From: Nitrospirota bacterium
GTDB taxonomy: Bacteria > Nitrospinota_A > UBA7883 > JACRGQ01
Assembly: GCA_024275955.1 (NCBI GenBank)
Contig: JAJRYD010000007.1
Span: 187-64,186, forward strand
Direction of reading: 5' to 3'
DNA length: 64,000 nucleotides
In this document: piece after piece, positions 29,196 through 37,873 of the stretch
How the letters are laid out: every line of letters starts with the position of its first letter
How positions within the stretch are numbered: position 1 is the stretch's first letter
Position numbers and translations under genes: made by a program
Notes under the pieces: model-generated
Databases searched by the model: none
What the model was told of the DNA's origin: nothing
Seen by the model: the letters and a program-made list of their open reading frames with translations, nothing else

Positions 29196-30575
29196 ATGGC
29201 TGTAGCTCCAAAGATTATCAGTATTGATGACGATATAAACAGCCTTAAGTCGCTGGAGGAGCTTCTTCATTTCCGCAAGTGTAAGGTTCATTCTTATATA
29301 TCGACTTTAGATGCTCTAAACGCTTTTGACGAAGTAAAGGCGGATGCCGCGATAGTCGATTACTTTATGCCGAATATGTCCGGCGTTGAGCTTATGAAAA
29401 AACTGCACGAGAAAAGTCCCGATCTGCCGGTTATTATTCTTACAGGTTCGCAGGATGTAAAGATTGCCGTGGAAGCGCTCAAGGGCGGAGCTTTTCACTA
29501 TCTCCTAAAGCCTATACAGGCGGACGAGCTTTTCAGCACGATAGACAAGATTATAGACCAGCTAAATCTTAAAGAGGAGAATCGTAGGCTCAAAAACGAG
29601 CTTGCCGGCAAGTATGGTTTTGAAAACATAATAGGCGGTTCCCCCGCGCTGTCGGATCTTTTTAAAATGCTCTCCAAAGCTGTAAAAACCAGATCTACCA
29701 TTCTTATTACGGGAGAATCCGGCACCGGCAAGGAGCTGGTGGCAAAAGCTGTGCATTACAACTCGTCCCGCAAGGATGGGCCGTTTATAAAGGTGAACTG
29801 CGCGGCGATACCAGAAACGATGCTGGAGGCGGAGCTGTTCGGCATCGAGAAAAATGTCGCCACAGGAGTAGACCAGAGGCCGGGTAAGTTCGAGCTTTCC
29901 GACGGCGGTTCGATATTCCTCGATGAAATAGGCGATATGTCTACGACAACTCAGGCCAAACTGCTACGTGTCCTGCAGGAACGGGAAGTGGAGCGTATAG
30001 GTGCCGCCGCGCCAAAGCAGGTAGATATGAGGGTTATAGCCGCTACGAATATGAATCTAGCAAAAGCTGTGGAGGAGAAAAATTTCCGGCAGGACCTCTT
30101 ATATAGGCTAAATGTTTTTCACCTGCATATCCCGCCGCTTTCCCAAAGGCGTGAAGACATCGAGCTATTAGCGGAACATTTTATAGACATATATTCCAGA
30201 GAGAACGGTCTGCCAGAAAAGAGTATCGACGATAAGGCTATCGACTATCTTGTTAAACAGCCGTGGCCGGGAAATATAAGAGAGCTGGAAAATGTTATCG
30301 AGAGGGCTGTCGCTGTTTCGGAAGGGGATAAGATATTGATTGAAGATGTCCGCGGCTCCACGTACAGATTCTCCGTACCGGCGGCGGGTGATGCCGATAC
30401 CGCTTCTAAGGGGAGTATGGAATCTGCCGTTGCCGATTTCGAAAGAAAGCTGTTGCTAAGAGCTTTGGAAGAGAACGACTGGAAACAAAACAAAACCGCC
30501 GAAAAACTTGGTATCTCGGAACGGAGCATCTGGTACAAAATCAAAAAACTCGGCATAGAAATTAAAAAAGAGTAG
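29196..30575 (+). CDS. NtrC-family response regulator / enhancer-binding AAA+ protein
   Basis: receiver, GESGTGKE, FLDEIGD, FRQDLLYRLN, WPGNIREL, Fis-type HTH; GAFTGA loop reads NVATGV. Confidence 0.95.
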   Translation: MAVAPKIISIDDDINSLKSLEELLHFRKCKVHSYISTLDALNAFDEVKADAAIVDYFMPNMSGVELMKKLHEKSPDLPVIILTGSQDVKIAVEALKGGAFHYLLKPIQADELFSTIDKIIDQLNLKEENRRLKNELAGKYGFENIIGGSPALSDLFKMLSKAVKTRSTILITGESGTGKELVAKAVHYNSSRKDGPFIKVNCAAIPETMLEAELFGIEKNVATGVDQRPGKFELSDGGSIFLDEIGDMSTTTQAKLLRVLQEREVERIGAAAPKQVDMRVIAATNMNLAKAVEEKNFRQDLLYRLNVFHLHIPPLSQRREDIELLAEHFIDIYSRENGLPEKSIDDKAIDYLVKQPWPGNIRELENVIERAVAVSEGDKILIEDVRGSTYRFSVPAAGDADTASKGSMESAVADFERKLLLRALEENDWKQNKTAEKLGISERSIWYKIKKLGIEIKKE

Positions 30576-30651
30576 CCGCCACCTGCCAGTTTTATAGATG
30601 GTTTGATCCAAATTGACAAAATCCCCCACATCCTGATACAATCCTCCGCTT

Positions 30652-31983
30652 ATGTTTGACCAGCTGGAATCGCGTTTATCGGCGACATTAAAGAAAATAC
30701 GGGGTCTTGCGCGCCTTACCGAGGCGAACATGACCGAAGCTCTAAAAGAGGTGCGTACAGCGCTCCTCGAAGCCGATGTCGCCCTTCCTGTGGTGAAAGA
30801 TTTTATCGCAACTATAAAGAAGGAATCGTCCGGCAAGGATGTTCATAAATCTCTCTCTCCCGGCCAGCAGGTAGTAAAGATAGTCCATCAGGAGCTGGTT
30901 AAGCTTCTTGGCGGCGAGCTTGTGGGGATTACGAAAGCCGAAAAAGGGCCGACTGTAATATTGATGGCCGGTCTGCAAGGCTCTGGTAAAACGACGACGA
31001 CTGGAAAACTTGCTCTCCTTTTGTCTAAGGAAAAGTATAGCCCGATGATTGTCTCGGCTGATGTTTACCGCCCCGCGGCGCGCGAGCAGTTGGCGGTTCT
31101 TGGCGAGCAGTTGGAGATACCTGTTTTTAAGGGTGACGGCTTGAGCGACCCGTTGAAGATAGTAAAGGGAGCGTTAAAGGAACTTAAGAAAGAGTCTTTA
31201 GACCTTTTGATAATAGATACCGCAGGACGCTTGCAGGTAGACGAAGAGATGATGGCAGAGCTTGAGGCGATTAAAAAGCTGGCAACGCCTACAGAGACTC
31301 TTTTTGTGGCCGATGCTATGACCGGCCAGCAGGCGGCCGAAGTGGCCAAAACTTTCCACGAACGGGTAGGCATAACCGGCGTTGTTCTTACCAAGCTGGA
31401 TGGCGACGCGAGGGGCGGGGCGGCGCTTTCGGTCAAAGGTGTTACCGGCTGTCCTATAAAGTTTTCCGGCATCGGAGAGAAGAGCGACCAGTTTGAGCAG
31501 TTTCATCCAGACAGGATGGCGCAAAGGATACTCGGCATGGGCGACGTGCTTAGCCTTATAGAAAAGGTAGAGAAAGAAGTAGACGAAGAGGACGCGGAGA
31601 AACTTGCGAAAAAGCTGGCAAGCGGCAGGTTTGACCTTGAAGATTTTAAAGAGCAGATAAAAATGGTAAAGAAAATGGGGCCGATGAGCGATATGATGTC
31701 TATGATTCCAGGTTTCAAGCTTCCAAAAGGGGCCGATATAGACGACGGTCAGATTGTAAAAGTGGAGGCGATTATTAATTCGATGACCAAAGAGGAAAGA
31801 AGGTCGTATAATATCATCTCTGGTAGCCGCAAGGTGAGGATAGCAAGGGGAAGCGGTACAGAGGTTAGCGATGTAAACAAACTTTTAAAACAGTTTGTAA
31901 AAATGAGAAAAATGATGAAGAATTTCAAGAAACCCGGGTTTATGAATAGGCTCGCATCGATGGGCAAGCAGGGTTTTAATTAG
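30652..31983 (+). CDS. ffh: signal recognition particle protein
   Basis: GLQGSGKTTT, DTAGR, TKLDGDARGGAAL, M domain. Confidence 0.98.
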   Translation: MFDQLESRLSATLKKIRGLARLTEANMTEALKEVRTALLEADVALPVVKDFIATIKKESSGKDVHKSLSPGQQVVKIVHQELVKLLGGELVGITKAEKGPTVILMAGLQGSGKTTTTGKLALLLSKEKYSPMIVSADVYRPAAREQLAVLGEQLEIPVFKGDGLSDPLKIVKGALKELKKESLDLLIIDTAGRLQVDEEMMAELEAIKKLATPTETLFVADAMTGQQAAEVAKTFHERVGITGVVLTKLDGDARGGAALSVKGVTGCPIKFSGIGEKSDQFEQFHPDRMAQRILGMGDVLSLIEKVEKEVDEEDAEKLAKKLASGRFDLEDFKEQIKMVKKMGPMSDMMSMIPGFKLPKGADIDDGQIVKVEAIINSMTKEERRSYNIISGSRKVRIARGSGTEVSDVNKLLKQFVKMRKMMKNFKKPGFMNRLASMGKQGFN

Positions 31984-32005
31984 TTTAGACCTTAAAGGAG
32001 GAAAA

Positions 32006-32254
32006 ATGGCAGTAACTTTGAGAATGTCCCGTTTTGGGAGAAAGAAGCAACCTTTTTATAGAATAGTCGCTACAGATGAGCGCAGTTCACGCGACGGAAA
32101 ATATCTTGAGATAGTCGGTACATACGATCCGTTTACCAAAGATGTAACGGTTAAAAAGGAATCGGCCGAAAAATGGATTAAAAAAGGGGCAAAATATTCC
32201 GCTACGGTAAAGAGCCTTTTTGTAAAGCAGGGCGTTTCGCTCGCTACCAAATAA
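32006..32254 (+). CDS. rpsP: 30S ribosomal protein S16
   Basis: LRMSRFGRKKQPFYRIV.TD.RS.RDG. Confidence 0.98.
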   Translation: MAVTLRMSRFGRKKQPFYRIVATDERSSRDGKYLEIVGTYDPFTKDVTVKKESAEKWIKKGAKYSATVKSLFVKQGVSLATK

Positions 32255-32268
32255 GAGAGGATATATAA

Positions 32269-32499
32269 ATGAAACCTCTTGTTGAGCTTATCGCCAAAGG
32301 GATTGTCGAGTATCCTGAGAGCGTTGATGTGAACGAACTTGATGTGGAAGGCACCACTGTTTTGGAACTGCGGGTAGCCGACGGCGACCTCGGTAAAGTG
32401 ATTGGAAAGCAGGGACGGATAGCCAAAGCTATACGGTCTCTTTTGAGCGTGGCGGCAAAGAGGAAGAACAAGCGCGCGGCGCTCGAAATACTGGAGTAG
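32269..32499 (+). CDS. khpA: KH-domain RNA-binding protein
   Basis: [17 protein letters not shown]; conserved position between rpsP and rimM. Confidence 0.92.
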   Translation: MKPLVELIAKGIVEYPESVDVNELDVEGTTVLELRVADGDLGKVIGKQGRIAKAIRSLLSVAAKRKNKRAALEILE

Positions 32500-32500
32500 T

Positions 32501-33022
32501 TTGCCAGCCAAACCTGTAGCCTGCGGCCGTTTTCAAAAACTTTTCGGAGTGCGTGGCGAGATAAGGTTTGAGCCGTACCTGCCGAATATCTTCGAATCAG
32601 CTTCTCCCCTTTCCGGCATCGCTTTAAAACAGGGCAGAGATAAAGAGGGGATAAAGGTCTCTATCTCATCAGCCAGAAGCATGTCAAAATTTTGGGCTGT
32701 TCGTTTGGAGCAGTTCTCCTCTCCAGAAGAGGTTTCCCGCCTTATTAACATGGAGCTTTTCGTGGAGCGTTCTTTGCTCCCAGATTTACAGGAAGGCGAA
32801 TACTACGAGGCCGACCTTATAGGACTCAAAGTGCTGGAAGAGAATGGTAGTGAACTCGGTAATATAACATCGGTTATCTCTACAGGCGCTAACGATGTAT
32901 GGGAAGTAACGACGGCTGAAGGCAAAGAGATACTTCTGCCTGTTATCGACGAAGTAATCCTTGATGTAGATATAGAGGCCGGCATTCTTACCATCCATCT
33001 TATGGAAGGGCTTGCCGACTGA
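32501..33022 (+). CDS. rimM: ribosome maturation factor RimM
   Basis: FGVRGE, EGEYYEADLIGL, GANDVW, EILLP; operon context. Confidence 0.93.
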   Translation: MPAKPVACGRFQKLFGVRGEIRFEPYLPNIFESASPLSGIALKQGRDKEGIKVSISSARSMSKFWAVRLEQFSSPEEVSRLINMELFVERSLLPDLQEGEYYEADLIGLKVLEENGSELGNITSVISTGANDVWEVTTAEGKEILLPVIDEVILDVDIEAGILTIHLMEGLAD

Positions 33023-34290
33023 TGCGCGTAGATATACTTTCGATATTTCCATCTTTTTTTGATTCAATCTTTAGCGAATCGCTTCTCAAAAAAGCTATAG
33101 AGGCGAGGGTTATAGATATACAAGTTCACGACATAAGAGAGTACACAAAAGATAAGCACAGAAGAACCGACGACGAACCGTACGGAGGTGGCGCGGGGAT
33201 GGTGATGACACCACAGCCTATAGTCTCGGCATTGGAAGCGATTACCAAAGATGCTCCGGCGAGGCGGATTCTGCTTACGCCAAGAGGGAAACCGTTCCGC
33301 CAGAGCGACGCGGTAAGGCTTTCAAAAGAAAAAAGGTTGCTGTTTGTCTGTGGCCGTTACGAAGGTGTAGACCAGAGAGTAACCGACGGTTTTATAGACG
33401 AGGAGATATCTTTGGGCGACTTCGTGCTGAACGGCGGAGAGATAGCGGCGGCGGCTCTGGTGGAATCTATTTTCAGGCTTTTGCCGGGTGCCGTCGGCAA
33501 CAGCGAATCGCTGGAGACGGAAAGTTTCGAGAGAGGCTTACTGGAGTATCCGCACTACACAAGACCGGAAGATTTTCAAGGGATGAAGGTACCGGATGTT
33601 TTGCTTTCCGGACACCACAAAAAAATAGAAAACTGGAGGCGGGAAGAATCGCTAAAACAAACTGCTAAGGTAAGGCCGGATCTTTTGTCTAAAAGCGATG
33701 CCGTTTCCACTCAATTTTCGATAGCGCTTGTCCACTATCCGGTACTCGGCAAAGACGGCCAGCCGATGGTCGGCTCTATTACCACGATAGACGTGCATGA
33801 CATGGCAAGGATAGGCCGAACCTATGGGGCGAGGTCGGTTTTCATCATCACTCCGGTGGAAGACCAAAAAATAATGGTAGACAGGCTCAAGAGCCATTGG
33901 ATAGAAGGCGATTTTCTCAAAGGTGAGTTCGAACGAAGGGTGGAGGCGCTCGATATTATGGAGACTGCCGGTTCGGTAGAGATTATGCTTCAAAAAGTTA
34001 AAAAACGGTCGAAAAAAGTTAAGATTTTGGCTACAAGCGCAATAGAATCACCAAGTTCTATCACCCCAGAAGAGTGGAGGGCAAAAAGCTGTGAGGCAGA
34101 TGAATGGGTAATCCTTTTCGGCACAGCGTATGGGCTGGCACCTGAACTGATGGAAATGGCCGACTACCAGCTATCCCCTATAGAGGGGGCGGGTGAATTT
34201 AATCATTTGCCTGTAAGGGGGGCATCTGCTATTATTACCGATTCATTATTTGGAAAGAGAAGGAGACCGGGCGATGAACGGGATAATTGA
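33022..34290 (+). CDS. trmD: tRNA (guanine37-N1)-methyltransferase fused to a second SPOUT-like domain
   Basis: [44 protein letters not shown], then ALVHYPV...DVHDMAR...LFGTAYGL...NHLPVR. Confidence 0.95.
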   Translation: MRVDILSIFPSFFDSIFSESLLKKAIEARVIDIQVHDIREYTKDKHRRTDDEPYGGGAGMVMTPQPIVSALEAITKDAPARRILLTPRGKPFRQSDAVRLSKEKRLLFVCGRYEGVDQRVTDGFIDEEISLGDFVLNGGEIAAAALVESIFRLLPGAVGNSESLETESFERGLLEYPHYTRPEDFQGMKVPDVLLSGHHKKIENWRREESLKQTAKVRPDLLSKSDAVSTQFSIALVHYPVLGKDGQPMVGSITTIDVHDMARIGRTYGARSVFIITPVEDQKIMVDRLKSHWIEGDFLKGEFERRVEALDIMETAGSVEIMLQKVKKRSKKVKILATSAIESPSSITPEEWRAKSCEADEWVILFGTAYGLAPELMEMADYQLSPIEGAGEFNHLPVRGASAIITDSLFGKRRRPGDERDN

Positions 34291-34618
34291 TGTAGTAGAA
34301 AAAGCCTACCTGAAACAGAACCCGCCGAAATTTAATGTCGGAGATCAGGTAAAGGTTCATATGAGAATAGTAGAGGGAACGAAGGAAAGAATTCAGGTTA
34401 TCGAAGGTATAGTAATTCGCAAACGCGGCACAGGCACCAGAGAAACTTTTACGGTAAGAAAGATGTCTCACGGCACAGGCATAGAGAGGATCTTTCCTCT
34501 TCATTCACCTCGTGTCGAAAAGGTAGAAGTTATCCGCAAACATAAGATTCGCAGGGCAAAGCTTTACTACCTGCGCGATCTTCGCGGTAAAGCGGCGCGC
34601 CTCACCGAAAAACATTAG
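34274..34618 (+). CDS. rplS: 50S ribosomal protein L19
   Basis: [37 protein letters not shown]. Confidence 0.98.
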   Translation: MNGIIDVVEKAYLKQNPPKFNVGDQVKVHMRIVEGTKERIQVIEGIVIRKRGTGTRETFTVRKMSHGTGIERIFPLHSPRVEKVEVIRKHKIRRAKLYYLRDLRGKAARLTEKH

Positions 34619-34624
34619 CCACGC

Positions 34625-34768
34625 CCTTGCTTTGGATAAGCGTCGCACTATGTCGTCGCCTGAAGTTTTTTGATTGGTTACGCAGAGAGCCTGCGCTCTC
34701 TTGCCGAAAACTTTAGGCTCCTCGTATTGCTCGCTTCTCCTCGTGCAAGCTCCTTGCTTTGGATAAGC
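34625..34768. repeat. direct-repeat-flanked structured element (family 3)
   Basis: exact 17-nt ccttgctttggataagc at 34625 and 34752 enclosing a cctgaagtttt/aaaactttagg stem. Confidence 0.6.
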
Positions 34769-34943
34769 CTACGCTAATGGCGTGGGAGTGAAAGATGGCG
34801 CTGTCATTTCGATAAGCGCCCCGCAGGCGAAAAATATAGCTTATTGGCGCACTCTGGCTAATTCGCAAAATAACTTTATCTATCCGTTGCGCCTGTCATC
34901 TGCCGTACCACCGCCTCCATGCTCTGTGTTGTCTTTTTTGATT

Positions 34944-35429
34944 TTAGTCTTTACCAACCCACGAAGGTAGCTTTTGACCAGTTTCTAACTCTATACGTCT
35001 ATAGCGTTCATCGCGTTTCTTGATTTTGGTCTCAACCAGTTCCACAGCCTCTTTATCAGTCATTACATCTATATCTAAAATATTTTTCAGCTTTTGTTTG
35101 TTGCCAAGTATTCCACAGGCTTGACGCTTTGAGTCGCCATCGGCAGTAATTAGAATAGCGGGATATTTCCAAGCATCAAATACGATATCTACATCATTCT
35201 TCTCATTAATATTTTTGGCTCCATCTGGGAAGAGTATCTTTTCAATTTTACGCAAGATATCTATTTCCTCATTATTAGGGCTAGTCGGAATTGTGAATAC
35301 GCCACCAACTGCTTTTTGGGACCGTTGCCGGTTTCCTCCCTTCCGAGATTCTTCAAGAACTTTTCCTGAAATTATGATTGTTATCAGATCATCACGCTCC
35401 CACTTCTCCAGTTTATTCATATGCTCCAA
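34944..35429 (-). CDS. PIN-fold-like hypothetical protein (frame open upstream to 35507)
   Basis: upstream in-frame DTNRINAR plus NDVDIV and LITADGD acidic motifs; AT-rich. Confidence 0.55.
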   Translation of the reverse strand: MEHMNKLEKWERDDLITIIISGKVLEESRKGGNRQRSQKAVGGVFTIPTSPNNEEIDILRKIEKILFPDGAKNINEKNDVDIVFDAWKYPAILITADGDSKRQACGILGNKQKLKNILDIDVMTDKEAVELVETKIKKRDERYRRIELETGQKLPSWVGKD

Positions 35430-35599
35430 GCCTCGCCTAGCGTTTATGCGGTTTGTGTCGCGCTGAAAGCTTAGATGCAGAGACCTCTCAAAAATATCGA
35501 TGCAACCTCAATAGCGGTCTGTTAAATTTTCACTGTTGGAGAGTTTAACTAGCTGTTGAGAATATCGCATTACCGCCAAGCTGTGCTACCTTTTTAGCT

Positions 35600-36499
35600 A
35601 TGAACATCTTTGTATTCGAGTATGCCTCTGCCGGCGGCGAAGGGGCGGAGCCTTTTATGGAGGAGGGTACTCTTATGCTCTCAAGCCTGCTTGGCGATTT
35701 GAGCCGGCTCGACGGCATGAGCGTTGTTGCTATTCTTTCGCCTGCGCTAGACTCAAAAAGCTTTAATGCTGATAAAGTTATCAGATGTTCCGCCGATGTT
35801 TTGCTTAAAACATTTGAAAGAGAGTTACAAAAAGCGGACGCTGTATGGATAATCGCTCCAGAGTGCGATGGTTTGCTTCACCGGCTTACAGTTATGGCGG
35901 AAGGTATCGGCGTTATGGTTATCGGCGCGTCTTCCGGCGCGGTAAAAGTGTGCGGGAGTAAGCTAAAAACATATTCGGCCCTTAAAGGTGTAGTGCGGAT
36001 GCCGGATACAAAGCCGTTTGACGGAACCGTTTCCGCTTTTCCAACAGTTATAAAACCTGTAGACGGGGCAGGCTCTGAAAACCTTTTGTTGGTAAGAGAT
36101 GAAAGCGAAGTTCCATCTTTGCTGAAAGGCTGTCTTTTGCAGGACTATGCCGAGGGTGAGCATTTGAGTGCTGGGATAATAGGCAGTGCGGGCGACACAA
36201 AACTGCTTGGGGTTTGCAGGCAGTTGAATGTTTTCGGGCAAGGGGCGGTAAAGCCAGAGCTTATTACAGACTATCAGAATTGGGATATGCTTGAATTTAT
36301 TGTAAAATTAATTTCTAAAAAGGTGTCCGGCCTTAACGGCTATTGGGGCATCGACTTTGTTGACAGCGATGGAGATATAATATTGATAGAGATTAACCCG
36401 AGGCTTACCACCTCGTACAGGCTGTATGCCGGTGCGGCTGGCTTTAATATAGCGGAACTGGTTCTAAACCAGTTTGCCAGCGCGCTGGTAAAAGAATGA
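35600..36499 (+). CDS. ATP-grasp ligase, MfnD/methanofuran-pathway-like
   Basis: IFVFEYASAGG...EG.LML, IIAPE.DG.L, VIKPVDGAGS, GYWGIDFV, IEINPRLTTSY. Confidence 0.8.
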   Translation: MNIFVFEYASAGGEGAEPFMEEGTLMLSSLLGDLSRLDGMSVVAILSPALDSKSFNADKVIRCSADVLLKTFERELQKADAVWIIAPECDGLLHRLTVMAEGIGVMVIGASSGAVKVCGSKLKTYSALKGVVRMPDTKPFDGTVSAFPTVIKPVDGAGSENLLLVRDESEVPSLLKGCLLQDYAEGEHLSAGIIGSAGDTKLLGVCRQLNVFGQGAVKPELITDYQNWDMLEFIVKLISKKVSGLNGYWGIDFVDSDGDIILIEINPRLTTSYRLYAGAAGFNIAELVLNQFASALVKE

Positions 36500-37485
36500 C
36501 AGATATATTCGCGATAGATGTAGGCGGCGCTTTTATAAAGTGGACTTACTTTTCTAAAAAAGGGGCGAGGGAGCATGGCCTCGTTCCGTTCGAGCTTTTT
36601 CGCTATCCAAAGCTTTTAAAAAAAGAACTAAAGAAAATAAAGCCGAAATCGAAAAAGCTTTCTACTGTTCTAACTATGTCCGGCGAGCTGTGCGATTCTT
36701 TCGCGTCGCGCGCCCACGGCGTTAGGCATATAGTAAGCGAGGTAGACGCGGCTTTCGGCTCTGCCGGCTCCAGCCTTAAGGTTTTCTCAAGGAACGGCGA
36801 ACTGGTGGCGCCTACAAAAGCTATTACCTCGCCAAAAGATGTCGCCTCGGCCAACTGGATGCCGGCTCCTCTATGGCTTTCAGGCCTGACGGGCGATTTT
36901 TTGTTTGTCGATATAGGTTCGACCACGACCGACATTACTCCTGTACGCAAAGGTAAGCTGGTAAACAAAGGGGACGATGATTTTAGCCGTTTAAGCGGCG
37001 GCGAACTGCTTTACACCGGCTATCTTCGCACGCCTGTTCAGTCGGTTAGCGCCACGTTTCCGATAAAAGGCAGAGAGGTGCCTGTCGCCAACGAATATTT
37101 TTCCATTTTTGGGGATATCTACCTTGCTTTGGGGCTTATAAAACCAAAGGAGTATAACTGCCCGACACCGGACGGAAAGGGTAAAACGAAAGAAGCGGCA
37201 CTAACCCGTCTTGCGCGGGTGGTGCTTTCCGAAAGAAAAGAGCTTGGCGAAAAAGAGCTTATCGACTTGGCTAGCCAGCTTGCGTGGATACAGCTCCAGC
37301 TGATACTTGCCGGAATAAGAAAGTTTAATCTAGAACTGCTTGTTACCGGCAAAGGGGCTTTTATACTGGATGGGGCTGTCAGGATGGGGCAGGTGCATCT
37401 GCATACTTTTGGCAAAGGGAATGACATTAAGAATCTCGATCCTTCCCACGCGCTTGCGCTTCTTGTAAGAGAAGGCAGGCTGTAA
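36496..37485 (+). CDS. hydantoinase/oxoprolinase-family protein, MfnF-like (H4MPT-linked C1 cluster type)
   Basis: DVGGAFIK, TMSGELCDSF.SR..GV, ASANW, DIGSTTTDI, ELLYTGYLRTP, TPDGKGK. Confidence 0.85.
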   Translation: MTDIFAIDVGGAFIKWTYFSKKGAREHGLVPFELFRYPKLLKKELKKIKPKSKKLSTVLTMSGELCDSFASRAHGVRHIVSEVDAAFGSAGSSLKVFSRNGELVAPTKAITSPKDVASANWMPAPLWLSGLTGDFLFVDIGSTTTDITPVRKGKLVNKGDDDFSRLSGGELLYTGYLRTPVQSVSATFPIKGREVPVANEYFSIFGDIYLALGLIKPKEYNCPTPDGKGKTKEAALTRLARVVLSERKELGEKELIDLASQLAWIQLQLILAGIRKFNLELLVTGKGAFILDGAVRMGQVHLHTFGKGNDIKNLDPSHALALLVREGRL

Positions 37486-37590
37486 GCATATTTTGCGGTA
37501 GAAATATTTGCGTCACGTTTCTATTTTCCCCCTCAAATACTTTTAACAGCTCCGTCTCACACCTGCTCTATAAGTGGAAAAGAGGTATGA

Positions 37591-37838
37591 GGGGCTATGG
37601 TCGAATGACACAAGGGGGCTGTTGCCGAATCCGATAGATTTGATTTTGTTTAAAATTGCCGATCGCTAAAACATCTATTTTGGAGAAGTTAAAAGATGAG
37701 TCTTTTCTTCAAATACTTCAAAACCTATTTCGGCAACAGCCCCATAAGCTTGGTTCTGCTACAAATTGCCAATCTCTAAAGGTTCTATTTTAAGAAATTA
37801 GAAAATACTTCCCTCTTAAAATTCTTTCGGAAACAGTC
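37591..37838 (+). mobile_element. MITE family 1, degenerate subtype B copy interrupted by a subtype A copy
   Basis: left arm ggggctatggtcgaatgaca (37591-37610); right arm taagcttggttctgctacaaattgccaatctctaaaggttctatttt...ttcggaaacagtc (37745-37838) is collinear with the 45140 copy. Confidence 0.65.
37614..37743 (+). mobile_element. MITE family 1, subtype A (nested)
   Basis: gggggctgttgccgaa...ttcggcaacagcccc near-perfect TIRs. Confidence 0.82.
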
Positions 37839-37873
37839 ACTATGAGCATGGTGCCTGTCTTGCCAGCATGGAG

